From the IMG/VR virus record IMGVR_UViG_3300034272_002197: a stretch of DNA of 64,000 nt; one strand, written 5' to 3'. Positions 38,602 through 46,989 of the stretch are shown piece by piece; the first letter of the stretch is position 1; each line of letters begins with the position of its first letter. This DNA is from an uncultured virus (IMG/VR IMGVR_UViG_3300034272_002197). Lineage: Duplodnaviria > Heunggongvirae > Uroviricota > Caudoviricetes. The translations under genes were made by a program, and so were the position numbers. The notes beneath the pieces were generated by a model, which was not told the DNA's origin, made no database searches, and was given only the letters and a program-made list of their open reading frames with translations.

Positions 38602-38696
38602 TCTAAAAGCATACTGGTCAGCACTGTGAGAAGCGCAGATCGACAAGACTAGAACAAGGTTTGAATCCACACTAGTATGTTTCTATATGGTTCAAT

Positions 38697-38770
38697 TGGG
38701 GATTGGTGAAATGGTATCACACCGGATTTTGATTCCGAGGTCGTAAGTTCGATCCTTACATCCCCTGCCA
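38697..38770 (+). tRNA. tRNA-Gln(TTG)
   Basis: cloverleaf, loop TTTTGAT, CCA. Confidence 0.9.
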
Positions 38771-38772
38771 AT

Positions 38773-38846
38773 GGTGTTGCTGATGTAGTGGTTGCATAAC
38801 TGACTGTGAATCAGTTTGACAGGGTTCGATTCCCGGCTTCACCCCA
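38773..38846 (+). tRNA. tRNA-His(GTG)
   Basis: G-1:C73, ACTGA-CTGTGAA-TCAGT. Confidence 0.9.
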
Positions 38847-38885
38847 ATAATAAAAAGAACTTACAAGAGAGCAATAACTATAAAC

Positions 38886-40472
38886 ATGTACGATGCAATT
38901 TTTTTCACAGACGAAACAGATAACATAGCCAGTATGCCGCCAATTGGTGCATACAAATGTGCTCACGTGCTGAGAAAAAATGGATATCGTTGTTTGGTAG
39001 TAAATCATTTTTCTTCGTTTGACGAAGACGAATTAAAAAAATTAGCAGATTTAGTTATTACTAATCAAACTAAGCTAATTGCATTCAGTACCACTTTTTT
39101 TAAAAGTATCGAAGTCGATCGAACTGAAGGGAAATCGACTCCTCGATATACAGAGTTGCCCGTTAATCAAATTTTCCCCCACGGAAAAGAAATTGAAAAT
39201 AATATAATTGGCTACTTCAAGAATCTAAATTCTGATGTAAAAATTCTTGTGGGTGGTGCAAAAGCTCACCCTAACATGAATAATAAAAATATCAATTATG
39301 CTTGTATAGGATACAGTGAAGTCAGTATTGTTAACGTAATGAATCACATAAGTCGTGGCGAAAAACTTAATAACAGTACAAAAAATTTGTGGGGCTGTAT
39401 CATTGTTGATGATAGATTGGCCAAAGAATACGATTTTGTAAATTCTGACTTTGCGTGGTTACCAGAAGACATAGTTAATCATACTTCATTACCATTGGAA
39501 GTTGCTAGAGGATGTATTTTTCAGTGCAAGTTTTGTTCGTACCCAATGAATGGTAAACAAAATCTTGATTTTGTAAGATCCGAAAAACATCTTGCATACG
39601 AGTTAGAAAAAAATTACGAAGAGCATGGCATCAAAACATATTTGTTAGTGGATGACACGTTCAACGACCATGAAGCAAAATTACAAAGATTACACAGTAT
39701 AATTAAAAAATTACCTTTCCAACCAGAGTTTTGGGGATATCATAGATTAGATTTATTGGCAACAAGACCACACACAATAGACTTGCTGTATGATATTGGT
39801 GTACGATCTATGTTTTTTGGAATTGAGACACTTAATCCTGTAAGTGCAAAATTAATTGGTAAAGGTTATAATATTGCAAAACAAATCCAAACTCTAGAGT
39901 ATCTTAGAAAAAAATATGATAAGGATTTATCATTGCACGGAAGTTTTATAGCAGGATTGCCTGAAGATACCGAGGAATCAAATTTAAAGACGTTCGAAGC
40001 AATAATGAAACAGGATGTACCTCTTCATAGTTGGATTTTTAACGCCTTAAGAATATACAGGCAAGATTTAACAACATATTCCAGTGATATTGTAAAAAAT
40101 TATAAATCTTATGGATACTACGAGGACGAAGATGTAGATACTGTTGTACCTCATGTACAATATGCTATTAAAAAATTTGATAAAATAATGAATTGGAAAA
40201 ACAAAAACACAAGCTACGAGCGTGTTAGTAAATTATCCAATTTTATCATGAAAGAAAGTTTTCAATCGGATAAATTACACATCAATGGGCAATTTGCTAT
40301 AGCAGTAAGTTCAATGAATCATCCTAATTATTCGTTTGATTCTGTTCGTAATACCTTGTTTAAAGATTTTAATTTTTACGATATCGAAACTAACGTAAGA
40401 AAACAATTTGTTCAACAATACAAAGACAGTTTGTTTTTGATTTTAAAGAAAAATTTAATTACAGCCGACTAA
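38886..40472 (+). CDS. radical SAM enzyme (B12-binding/methylthiotransferase-like layout)
   Basis: EVARGCIFQCKFC (CxxxCxxC), DDTFND, FFGIETL, SFIAGLP. Confidence 0.85.
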   Translation: MYDAIFFTDETDNIASMPPIGAYKCAHVLRKNGYRCLVVNHFSSFDEDELKKLADLVITNQTKLIAFSTTFFKSIEVDRTEGKSTPRYTELPVNQIFPHGKEIENNIIGYFKNLNSDVKILVGGAKAHPNMNNKNINYACIGYSEVSIVNVMNHISRGEKLNNSTKNLWGCIIVDDRLAKEYDFVNSDFAWLPEDIVNHTSLPLEVARGCIFQCKFCSYPMNGKQNLDFVRSEKHLAYELEKNYEEHGIKTYLLVDDTFNDHEAKLQRLHSIIKKLPFQPEFWGYHRLDLLATRPHTIDLLYDIGVRSMFFGIETLNPVSAKLIGKGYNIAKQIQTLEYLRKKYDKDLSLHGSFIAGLPEDTEESNLKTFEAIMKQDVPLHSWIFNALRIYRQDLTTYSSDIVKNYKSYGYYEDEDVDTVVPHVQYAIKKFDKIMNWKNKNTSYERVSKLSNFIMKESFQSDKLHINGQFAIAVSSMNHPNYSFDSVRNTLFKDFNFYDIETNVRKQFVQQYKDSLFLILKKNLITAD

Positions 40473-40539
40473 GCTAACCTGGTGGAAGCGTGTGCCTGAA
40501 GAGCACGAGGGCTTGGTTCGAAACCAAGAGTCGGCACCA
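40464..40539 (+). tRNA. tRNA-Phe(GAA)
   Basis: cloverleaf; 5' end overlaps the radical SAM stop codon. Confidence 0.9.
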
Positions 40540-40540
40540 A

Positions 40541-40615
40541 CGGTCCTTAGCTCAGTGGAAGAGTGCTGGTCTTCGAAACCAGGCGTCGGGAGTTCGAATC
40601 TCTCAGGACCGGCCA
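40541..40615 (+). tRNA. tRNA-Arg(TCG)
   Basis: CTGGT-CTTCGAA-ACCAG. Confidence 0.92.
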
Positions 40616-40622
40616 GTTATAT

Positions 40623-40696
40623 GCCCTTGTAGCTTAAAGGTAGAGCATTCGCTTGATAAGCGAGAGACGAAGGATCGATACCTTCCAAGGGTACCA
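40623..40696 (+). tRNA. tRNA-Ile(GAT)
   Basis: TTCGC-TTGATAA-GCGAG; atypical T-loop ATCGATA. Confidence 0.85.
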
Positions 40697-40697
40697 C

Positions 40698-40773
40698 GGT
40701 AGAGTAGCATAGTGGCCAATGCAGTACCTTCATACGGTGCGTATCGTGAGTTCGAGTCTCACCTCTACTACCA
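40698..40773 (+). tRNA. tRNA-Met(CAT), probably elongator
   Basis: GTACC-TTCATAC-GGTGC; no initiator features. Confidence 0.8.
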
Positions 40774-40820
40774 GTTAACAAAATAGCAACTGTGTGGTAA
40801 AAATACAACAAAAATATCAG

Positions 40821-40884
40821 TAGACATAAAATGAACTAGTCGCTATAATAATGAAATAGTGCAGTAAACGTTCATTAACAATTT
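40821..40884 (+). promoter_or_regulatory. sigma70 promoter plus boxA-like element
   Basis: TAGACA-N17-TATAAT; CGTTCATTAACAATTT at 40869-40884. Confidence 0.6.
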
Positions 40885-40894
40885 AGCAACAAAT

Positions 40895-40978
40895 GCCCTG
40901 GTGGTGGAATGGTAGACACGCTGGTCTTAGAAGCCAGTGTCGCAAGGCGTGGGAGTTCGAGTCTCCCCTGGGGCACCA
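40895..40978 (+). tRNA. tRNA-Leu(TAG)
   Basis: cloverleaf with variable arm. Confidence 0.95.
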
Positions 40979-41071
40979 TATAGCAACACATTAACGGTAC
41001 CTTTCGCGTAAAGATTAGGCTAAGTTAATGTGATATAATCTGAAGCCAGGTTAGTGTGTTTCTATATGGTT

Positions 41072-41260
41072 TCCGGTTACTACTTTCCTTAAAGTGGCGT
41101 GTGGCGACGAGAATTGACCCGGTGGCAGGTAACCGTTAGCGAGGCGACCCCTCAGGCACTGCTAGGCAGAATCCCAACTGCACACAGACGCGAGAATAAA
41201 TGGGATGGACAGAGTAACCGCTCAGCTTGGGGGCTTGACTGGAAAACAAGTGGCCCAAGC
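41072..41260 (+). ncRNA. unidentified structured RNA, copy 1 (related to 47276-47468)
   Basis: shared 3' motif GGACAGRGYAAC..CTCAG plus a covarying hairpin. Confidence 0.6.
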
Positions 41261-41380
41261 AAGATTTAAAGTAAAACGATCGAGTGCGAATCGTCCCGCA
41301 AGGGTTCAGCAAGGGTTTGATGCATTGTTGTGACTTCGGCATCATGTAACAGTCAGTTCCTTGTTAGCATTAATTTTTAT

Positions 41381-41455
41381 GCACCGTTCGTCTATCGGTT
41401 AGGACACCCGCCTTTCACGCAGGTAAGAGGAGTTCGATTCTCCTACGGTGTACCA
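41381..41455 (+). tRNA. tRNA-Glu(TTC)
   Basis: cloverleaf, loop CTTTCAC. Confidence 0.92.
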
Positions 41456-41468
41456 TATAAATACGAGC

Positions 41469-41714
41469 ATGAAAGACCTACTAGAAAAGCTACCACAAAT
41501 TTTGGGCATGATGCCCCAACTTGTACAATTTCTAAAGTATATACCCGTACTAATGGTTCTTGCTGGTATAGGATTCGGAGTCTACTATTGGACTCAAAAT
41601 TACAAAGATCCATACATTTGCGTAAACAATCACGTTTTTGAACAGCTACGCATTGACAGTGACGTATATGTATTCAAAGGCGGCACTTGTGTGGATGTAA
41701 AAGACACAAAATAA
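41469..41714 (+). CDS. small membrane protein
   Basis: TATAAATA at 41456, TM helix. Confidence 0.7.
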   Translation: MKDLLEKLPQILGMMPQLVQFLKYIPVLMVLAGIGFGVYYWTQNYKDPYICVNNHVFEQLRIDSDVYVFKGGTCVDVKDTK

Positions 41715-41717
41715 TTT

Positions 41718-41793
41718 GGGGGTATAGCTCAGCTGGGAGAGCACCTGCTTTGCAAGCAGGGGGTCATCGGTTCGATCCCGTTTACCTCCACCA
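41718..41793 (+). tRNA. tRNA-Ala(TGC)
   Basis: canonical, G3.U70. Confidence 0.97.
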
Positions 41794-41802
41794 AAGTTAA
41801 AT

Positions 41803-41887
41803 GGGGATGCGGCTAAGTTAGAGAGTGGCGGCTGACTGTAAATCAGTTCTTTCGGGTGAGTAGGTGCGAATCCTTCCATCCCCACCA
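41803..41887 (+). tRNA. tRNA-Tyr(GTA)
   Basis: GCTGA-CTGTAAA-TCAGT, variable arm. Confidence 0.9.
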
Positions 41888-41900
41888 ATTAGGAGTAGTT

Positions 41901-42185
41901 ATGGTTATATATCGTGTACCGCATGCTTACCTAAACGACTATCAAATGATAGGTCAGCGTCTGCAGGTACTTATGGATATGAAACGCAAAGATATTGACC
42001 ATCATGAACAGCTAGAATTATCTAAGTTATTGGCCTTGCAAGAGGCGCATAGATTATTGCGAAATTATAACTATGATAAGGATACAGAATTTTTAAGGCA
42101 GTATGCCTATGGTGAAAGTATTCGTGAACAGCGTCTAGTGCAACGTGCCAGCGCCATAGGTATGAATATAGATAGATACATTTAA
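41901..42185 (+). CDS. hypothetical protein
   Basis: AGGAG RBS; start reassigned to after the tRNA. Confidence 0.7.
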   Translation: MVIYRVPHAYLNDYQMIGQRLQVLMDMKRKDIDHHEQLELSKLLALQEAHRLLRNYNYDKDTEFLRQYAYGESIREQRLVQRASAIGMNIDRYI

Positions 42186-42187
42186 TT

Positions 42188-42264
42188 GGGAGATTAGCTC
42201 AGCTGGTACGAGCGGCGCCCTTACAAGGCGAAGGTCGGCGGTTCGATCCCGTCATCTCCTACCA
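42188..42264 (+). tRNA. tRNA-Val(TAC)
   Basis: cloverleaf. Confidence 0.95.
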
Positions 42265-42272
42265 AGTTTTAT

Positions 42273-42347
42273 TCCGATGTAGCTCAGAGGCAGAGCAGAA
42301 GACTGTTAATCTTTTGGTCGGTGGTTCGATCCCACCCGTCGGAGCCA
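42273..42347 (+). tRNA. tRNA-Asn(GTT)
   Basis: cloverleaf. Confidence 0.95.
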
Positions 42348-42349
42348 AG

Positions 42350-42552
42350 AACGTTCCAGCGTCACTGGATACTCTGACCCGGAGGATGAGAAGTGCCTTG
42401 ACAAGCACGGGTGGTACACTTCAAACCGAAAGTGCGCTGGCAATGCGAGAACGGAACCTGTCGTGGAGAGGGTGGAGGCCGTGTGTGATGGTATCGGGAG
42501 TTCCTGGTGCTTGATGCGGTATAATTACCTCCGGGGTTCGCAGAGCATCAGA
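42350..42552 (+). ncRNA. unidentified ~200-nt structured RNA
   Basis: GC-rich spacer between tRNAs, closed by CTCTG/CAGAG and CCGGAGG/CCTCCGG. Confidence 0.55.
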
Positions 42553-42556
42553 TTCA

Positions 42557-42631
42557 GGTCCTATAGTATATCGGTAAGTATGGCGCCCTGTCACGGCGCA
42601 GAGACGGGTTCGACTCCCGTTGGGACCGCCA
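42557..42631 (+). tRNA. tRNA-Asp(GTC)
   Basis: cloverleaf. Confidence 0.95.
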
Positions 42632-42640
42632 AGTTTTAAT

Positions 42641-42715
42641 GCGGGTGTAACTCAGTGGTAGAGTGTCAGCCTTCCAAGCTGTTCGTCGCAGGTTCGATCC
42701 CTGTCACCCGCTCCA
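42641..42715 (+). tRNA. tRNA-Gly(TCC)
   Basis: cloverleaf. Confidence 0.95.
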
Positions 42716-42721
42716 CTAAAT

Positions 42722-42845
42722 TGTTGCTTTCGAGCAACATTGCTAAACCAGCAACTTGTGTTGCAATTTTAGCAACAAAATCTTTTGATAGACCATAAAG
42801 GCCCATTTTGCTACAATAGCAGTATAGTAATTAACAAGGAGACAA
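42722..42845 (+). promoter_or_regulatory. early promoter cassette with three tandem palindromes
   Basis: TGTTGC-N6/7-GCAACA at 42722 and 42759 plus a degenerate copy; TAGACC-N17-TACAAT; AAGGAG. Confidence 0.75.
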
Positions 42846-42847
42846 AA

Positions 42848-43051
42848 ATGGCATTTGAATCCCGGGTACTTGAACTAATCGCCCCAGTCCTCGATGAAGG
42901 CCGTGCTGAATTTTATTACGGTTCTTTGTTTCTTGAAGACGTAACTGAAAACACTGCCCGTCGTGTGTTTTCTACTTTGTGTCGCGAGTTTGACTTTAAA
43001 GTGCAGCCTAGTAAAGTCGGTGACAATTATGTGTACGATTTTATTGCTTAA
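42848..43051 (+). CDS. hypothetical protein
   Basis: start reassigned after RBS. Confidence 0.7.
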   Translation: MAFESRVLELIAPVLDEGRAEFYYGSLFLEDVTENTARRVFSTLCREFDFKVQPSKVGDNYVYDFIA

Positions 43052-43129
43052 ATAGCAACAAATATTTTGGTAGACCATAATTCACCATTTTGCTATAATA
43101 TTGGTATAGTAACTAATAAGGAGCCCAAA

Positions 43130-43441
43130 ATGAAGCTGCTAATCACTACCCAAGTTTACGAAAACTACGCCTGGCGCGAAGACGGTACCCTGGGTGTCGG
43201 CGACGATGCATATTGGAAAGCCAAAGGCGGTCGCGAATATGTAGTGAAGAATTTTCGCGGTGACGATACAATCGCAGTCATGGCCGTACGCGGTCAAATT
43301 GAGACTGAGAACGACGGCTATCGCGAACATATTGTTGATTGGGTGGTTGTTGCTGATGATTACCTTACCCAATTTGAGCGTGATCAATTAGAGTACGAAG
43401 GCCGGATCACTTTTCCTGCAACAGAGTTGGAAGTAGCCTAA
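43130..43441 (+). CDS. hypothetical phage protein (TQ..ENY...YWKAKGG)
   Basis: promoter 43071-43099, AAGGAG RBS. Confidence 0.75.
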   Translation: MKLLITTQVYENYAWREDGTLGVGDDAYWKAKGGREYVVKNFRGDDTIAVMAVRGQIETENDGYREHIVDWVVVADDYLTQFERDQLEYEGRITFPATELEVA

Positions 43442-43451
43442 GGAGACCGCA

Positions 43452-43607
43452 ATGTCTAGAAAACATTTTGAATCGTTGGCCAAATATGTTCGTGCTATCA
43501 TGGATCCGCATGCCAGATTGCAAGCCGCCTGTGCAGTAGCCAGTTCTTGTGCGGAAATGAATCCAAAATTTGATACACAGAAATTTTTTGAAGCTTGCGG
43601 AGTATAA
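43452..43607 (+). CDS. small hypothetical protein (not in ORF track)
   Basis: AAGGAG RBS; MSRKHFE...NPKFD..KF..ACG. Confidence 0.65.
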   Translation: MSRKHFESLAKYVRAIMDPHARLQAACAVASSCAEMNPKFDTQKFFEACGV

Positions 43608-43626
43608 TTAATATAAGGAGAGCAAA

Positions 43627-44229
43627 ATGCCAGCAGTGTTTTTAGTTAGTGACACGCATTTTGGTCACGCTGGCGTTTGCCGTTTTACTCGCAACGACGG
43701 TGTCACTAAACTGCGTCCTTGGGATAACCCCGAGGAAATGGATGAGTTCATGGTCGAAGCCTGGAACGAACGAGTTAGGCCCAACGACAAAGTCTATCAC
43801 TTAGGCGATGTTGTTATAAACAGACGAGCACTGAACACGCTCAGCCGCCTAAACGGGGATAAGGTTTTGATCCGTGGTAATCACGACATTTTTCGCGATG
43901 ACGAGTATCGCAAGTATTTTCGTGAACTACGTGCATACCATGTCATGAACGGAATGATACTAAGTCATATTCCTATTCATGAGGACAGTCTTGGTAGGTT
44001 TGGTGTTAATATTCACGGCCATTTGCATGCCAATCGTGTGATGAAGCGAGCTGGTTCTACCGCAGAGTTCATGGAGTGGGGTGTTCGGGAGAAAATTGAC
44101 CCTCGCTATCATTGTGTATGCGTGGAGCAAACAGACTTTGCGCCTATCTTGTTTGAGGATGTTATCAAACGTATCACAGCAGAAGGTGGTACGATAGGCT
44201 TCAAAAACGGCAACGGTCCTGTGATGTAA
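43627..44229 (+). CDS. calcineurin-like metallophosphoesterase
   Basis: SDTHFGH, YHLGD, GNHD, HGHLH. Confidence 0.92.
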   Translation: MPAVFLVSDTHFGHAGVCRFTRNDGVTKLRPWDNPEEMDEFMVEAWNERVRPNDKVYHLGDVVINRRALNTLSRLNGDKVLIRGNHDIFRDDEYRKYFRELRAYHVMNGMILSHIPIHEDSLGRFGVNIHGHLHANRVMKRAGSTAEFMEWGVREKIDPRYHCVCVEQTDFAPILFEDVIKRITAEGGTIGFKNGNGPVM

Positions 44230-44891
44230 TGAAGACCTTGTTATTTTGTGCCAGTTTTGCCGGTTCGCAAGGACTTTGGAACCACAGATGGAAGCGTTGG
44301 TTGGATTATCATACTGCTATAGGATTGGAGTTTGATCAGGTACTAATAGTTGATGACGGTTCGCCGACGCTGCCACTGGACATAGATTGTCAAGTAATTT
44401 ATGATTTGCCTGATGTACAACCTGACCATAATGTTGTGTTGTTTCATCACGCAGATAATCTTGGATCTCCGGCACCGTTTGAGTATCCGGGTCTGTATAG
44501 AAGTATGCAGACAGCAACAGATTATGCTGCAAAGTATAATTTTGATAAAATTGTAAACATCGAATCTGATGCATTTGTTTTAACCAAACGAATAGTAGAG
44601 TATATAAACGATATCAATGATGATTGGACAGCTTTGTGGGATCATCATTTTGCCATACCCGAACTTGGTATAAACATTGCAGCAGGTCGCGGATTGGAAT
44701 TGTGGTCATCAGTGTTTAATCAGGCTTATGATCGTTTTAGAGGAAAAATGTTAGAAGATGAGATGCCGTTTACTCGAGTTGAAAAAAATTTTACAGGAGC
44801 CAGATACGGAGAATTTGTAGACAGTGTTCCTGATGATGCCGATTATGCCAATCAAATTGATCAACTTTGGACAAGCATCTACAAAAAATAA
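44229..44891 (+). CDS. glycosyltransferase-A-like protein
   Basis: LIVDDGS, IESDAF. Confidence 0.55.
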   Translation: MKTLLFCASFAGSQGLWNHRWKRWLDYHTAIGLEFDQVLIVDDGSPTLPLDIDCQVIYDLPDVQPDHNVVLFHHADNLGSPAPFEYPGLYRSMQTATDYAAKYNFDKIVNIESDAFVLTKRIVEYINDINDDWTALWDHHFAIPELGINIAAGRGLELWSSVFNQAYDRFRGKMLEDEMPFTRVEKNFTGARYGEFVDSVPDDADYANQIDQLWTSIYKK

Positions 44892-44942
44892 TTGCTTGAA
44901 ATGAAGCAATGCTGTACAATGTACTTAACAAGTAAGATTAAT

Positions 44943-45034
44943 GGAGCGTTGGCCGAGTTGGTCGAAGGCACTTTCCTGCTAAGAAAGCATACCTCATAAG
45001 GGTATCATTGGTTCGAATCCAATACGCTCCGCCA
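44943..45034 (+). tRNA. tRNA-Ser(GCT)
   Basis: cloverleaf with long variable arm. Confidence 0.95.
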
Positions 45035-45040
45035 ATTTAA

Positions 45041-45114
45041 GCCCTTTTAGTTAAATGGTATAACAGTTGATTTGTAATCATCTATTGGCAGTTCGATTCT
45101 GTCAAAGGGCACCA
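45041..45114 (+). tRNA. tRNA-Thr(TGT)
   Basis: cloverleaf. Confidence 0.9.
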
Positions 45115-45126
45115 AAGGATTTTATT

Positions 45127-45354
45127 ATGCCACATCCAAGTGATTTAGCACAACGAGCAATAGAAAGAATGATGAACTTACAAGAGTTCACCGTTACTGT
45201 ACCTGTGGAAGACGGTTGGTTACCAAACGGCGTGGTTCCGTTTGATATTAAGATAAAAAACGGATTTGCTACAGTGTCCGTTCCGGCCTTGACAGAAGAC
45301 GAAGCTCGTAGTAAAATAATAGCTTATTTTAACAGCAGTGATGAAGAAGATTAA
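45127..45354 (+). CDS. hypothetical protein
   Basis: AAGGA RBS after the tRNA. Confidence 0.65.
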   Translation: MPHPSDLAQRAIERMMNLQEFTVTVPVEDGWLPNGVVPFDIKIKNGFATVSVPALTEDEARSKIIAYFNSSDEED

Positions 45355-45355
45355 T

Positions 45356-45433
45356 CCGGGTGTAGCTCAGCCAGGCTAGAGCACCTGCTTTGGGAGCAGG
45401 GGGTCGTAGGTTCGAATCCTGCTACCCGGACCA
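45356..45433 (+). tRNA. tRNA-Pro(TGG)
   Basis: cloverleaf. Confidence 0.95.
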
Positions 45434-45443
45434 AGTTTTAAAT

Positions 45444-45530
45444 GCCCGGATGGTGAAATAGGTAGACACAAGAGACTTAAAATCTCTCGCTGGAAACAGC
45501 GTGCCGGTTCGATTCCGGCTCCGGGCACCA
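45444..45530 (+). tRNA. tRNA-Leu(TAA)
   Basis: cloverleaf with variable arm. Confidence 0.95.
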
Positions 45531-45539
45531 AGTTTGTAT

Positions 45540-45617
<78 letters not shown>

Positions 45618-45637
45618 TTATTGTTTAGGAATATGTT

Positions 45638-45787
45638 ATGCCAATGTACGAAACAACTGTAAGAACACCGCAAGGTGATGTCAAAGATCGTGTATACGCC
45701 AAAGACCTAGCGGAAGCTAGAATGCTGTTTGAACAAAGGCATGGCCCAAGGAATGTACCGTATATTCCAAAAGTAATACCAAGTTAA
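45638..45787 (+). CDS. small hypothetical protein (not in ORF track)
   Basis: AGGA RBS; MPMYETTVRTPQG... Confidence 0.6.
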   Translation: MPMYETTVRTPQGDVKDRVYAKDLAEARMLFEQRHGPRNVPYIPKVIPS

Positions 45788-45788
45788 A

Positions 45789-45863
45789 CTGGCGTTCGTT
45801 CAACGGATAGGACAGGAGTCTTCTAAACTCTTAATGGGGGTTCGATTCCCTCACGCCGGACCA
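45789..45863 (+). tRNA. tRNA-Arg(TCT)
   Basis: cloverleaf. Confidence 0.92.
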
Positions 45864-45871
45864 AGTTTAGT

Positions 45872-45949
45872 GCAACGGTGGCAGAGAGGCCCAATGCAAG
45901 GGACTGCAAATCCCTAAAACCGTCAGTTCGAATCTGACCCGTTGCTCCA
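45872..45949 (+). tRNA. tRNA-Cys(GCA)
   Basis: cloverleaf, U73. Confidence 0.92.
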
Positions 45950-45960
45950 TAAATATCGGT

Positions 45961-46197
45961 ATGTTAGTGGACTGGCACAGATTCCCTTATCATGCAACCA
46001 TTCCGTGGCCCATATATGATTCCGATCAATATGATTGGGTAGAAAGTCTAATTACCGTAGAGGATTGGTTAAAACAATGCGTAGGAGCAAGATATGCAAC
46101 TTGGGCCTACAATGACTGCGATATTCTCTACAATATTGGTGTAGCATTTAAATGGGATCAAGATCGAACATTGTTTGTTATGACTTGGTCCAAATAA
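45961..46197 (+). CDS. small protein, FxLxW-like paralog family
   Basis: ends VAFKWDQDRTLFVMTWSK. Confidence 0.7.
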   Translation: MLVDWHRFPYHATIPWPIYDSDQYDWVESLITVEDWLKQCVGARYATWAYNDCDILYNIGVAFKWDQDRTLFVMTWSK

Positions 46198-46287
46198 GGA
46201 AGTGTGGCAGAGTCCGGTTTATTGCACCTGTCTTGAAAACAGACGATCCGCAAGGATCCGTGAGTTCGAATCTCACCGCTTCCGCCA
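46198..46287 (+). tRNA. tRNA-Ser(TGA)
   Basis: cloverleaf with long variable arm. Confidence 0.95.
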
Positions 46288-46356
46288 AAATAGTAGTTGA
46301 CAATAATACAAACCTCAAGTATAATATGAAGTACATTAACTAACTAGGAGTTGTAA

Positions 46357-46614
46357 ATGAATATCAAACTTCGTGCTGCTGCTCGTACCGCTGGTATGTT
46401 TGCTATTGCAACCGTAATTCCAGTCGTTTTGGTAGCACTATTCCGTCTGGATGCAGAAACACTTTTTAATCTATTTGTGTTGTCTTTTTTTATTGGTGGT
46501 ATCTGGGTTATATATTCTATCAATCTAAGCACATTAGAAAGCGAAGAATCCATTCGCCAGATGCAAGAGCGTAGAGAAACAATGTTGAGTAACGTAGTTA
46601 ATAAGCAAGAGTAA
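46357..46614 (+). CDS. two-TM membrane protein
   Basis: promoter near 46298, AGGAG RBS. Confidence 0.7.
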   Translation: MNIKLRAAARTAGMFAIATVIPVVLVALFRLDAETLFNLFVLSFFIGGIWVIYSINLSTLESEESIRQMQERRETMLSNVVNKQE

Positions 46615-46619
46615 TCTAT

Positions 46620-46693
46620 TCCGGTGTGGTGTAATGGCAGCGCCGCGGTCTCCAAAACCGCTAGTGGGGGTTCGATTCCCTCCACCGGAGCCA
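46620..46693 (+). tRNA. tRNA-Trp(CCA)
   Basis: GCGGT-CTCCAAA-ACCGC. Confidence 0.93.
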
Positions 46694-46716
46694 ACTTTAT
46701 TTTACAGGAGTTTGCA

Positions 46717-46902
46717 ATGATGAAATATTTTCGAGTAGGTTTGCCGTTTGTCATTCTTTTGTTTTGTGTGTTTAATGTCGTTGCAGCATATGGTGCCAGT
46801 AATACAATGGCTGTAAGTGGTTATTGGATGGCCTTTTGTGGTTGGGCGGCTGTAGCATTCGATGAATATCTGACTTATCGTAGAGAAAACAGGAGTGCGT
46901 AA
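46717..46902 (+). CDS. small membrane protein
   Basis: AGGAG RBS; hydrophobic. Confidence 0.65.
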   Translation: MMKYFRVGLPFVILLFCVFNVVAAYGASNTMAVSGYWMAFCGWAAVAFDEYLTYRRENRSA

Positions 46903-46989
46903 TGTTGAACATTCCGTTGCGTGAAATACCTTACTACATTAAATGGAAATTCAAACAACTGTTGAAACATTTTAAGTAAATAAAGAATA

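Noticed and set aside
38612..38676. Additional tRNA gene
   Set aside because: A T-loop-like sequence is present, but there is no proper T stem, anticodon arm or CCA; it is treated as part of the stem-closed element family.
19922..43130. Shared N-terminal peptide (VDxxxPFCYxIGIV) in ORFs 19922, 42785 and 43067
   Set aside because: It is the translation of the repeated promoter cassette; the true starts follow the AGGAG RBS at 20000, 42848 and 43130.
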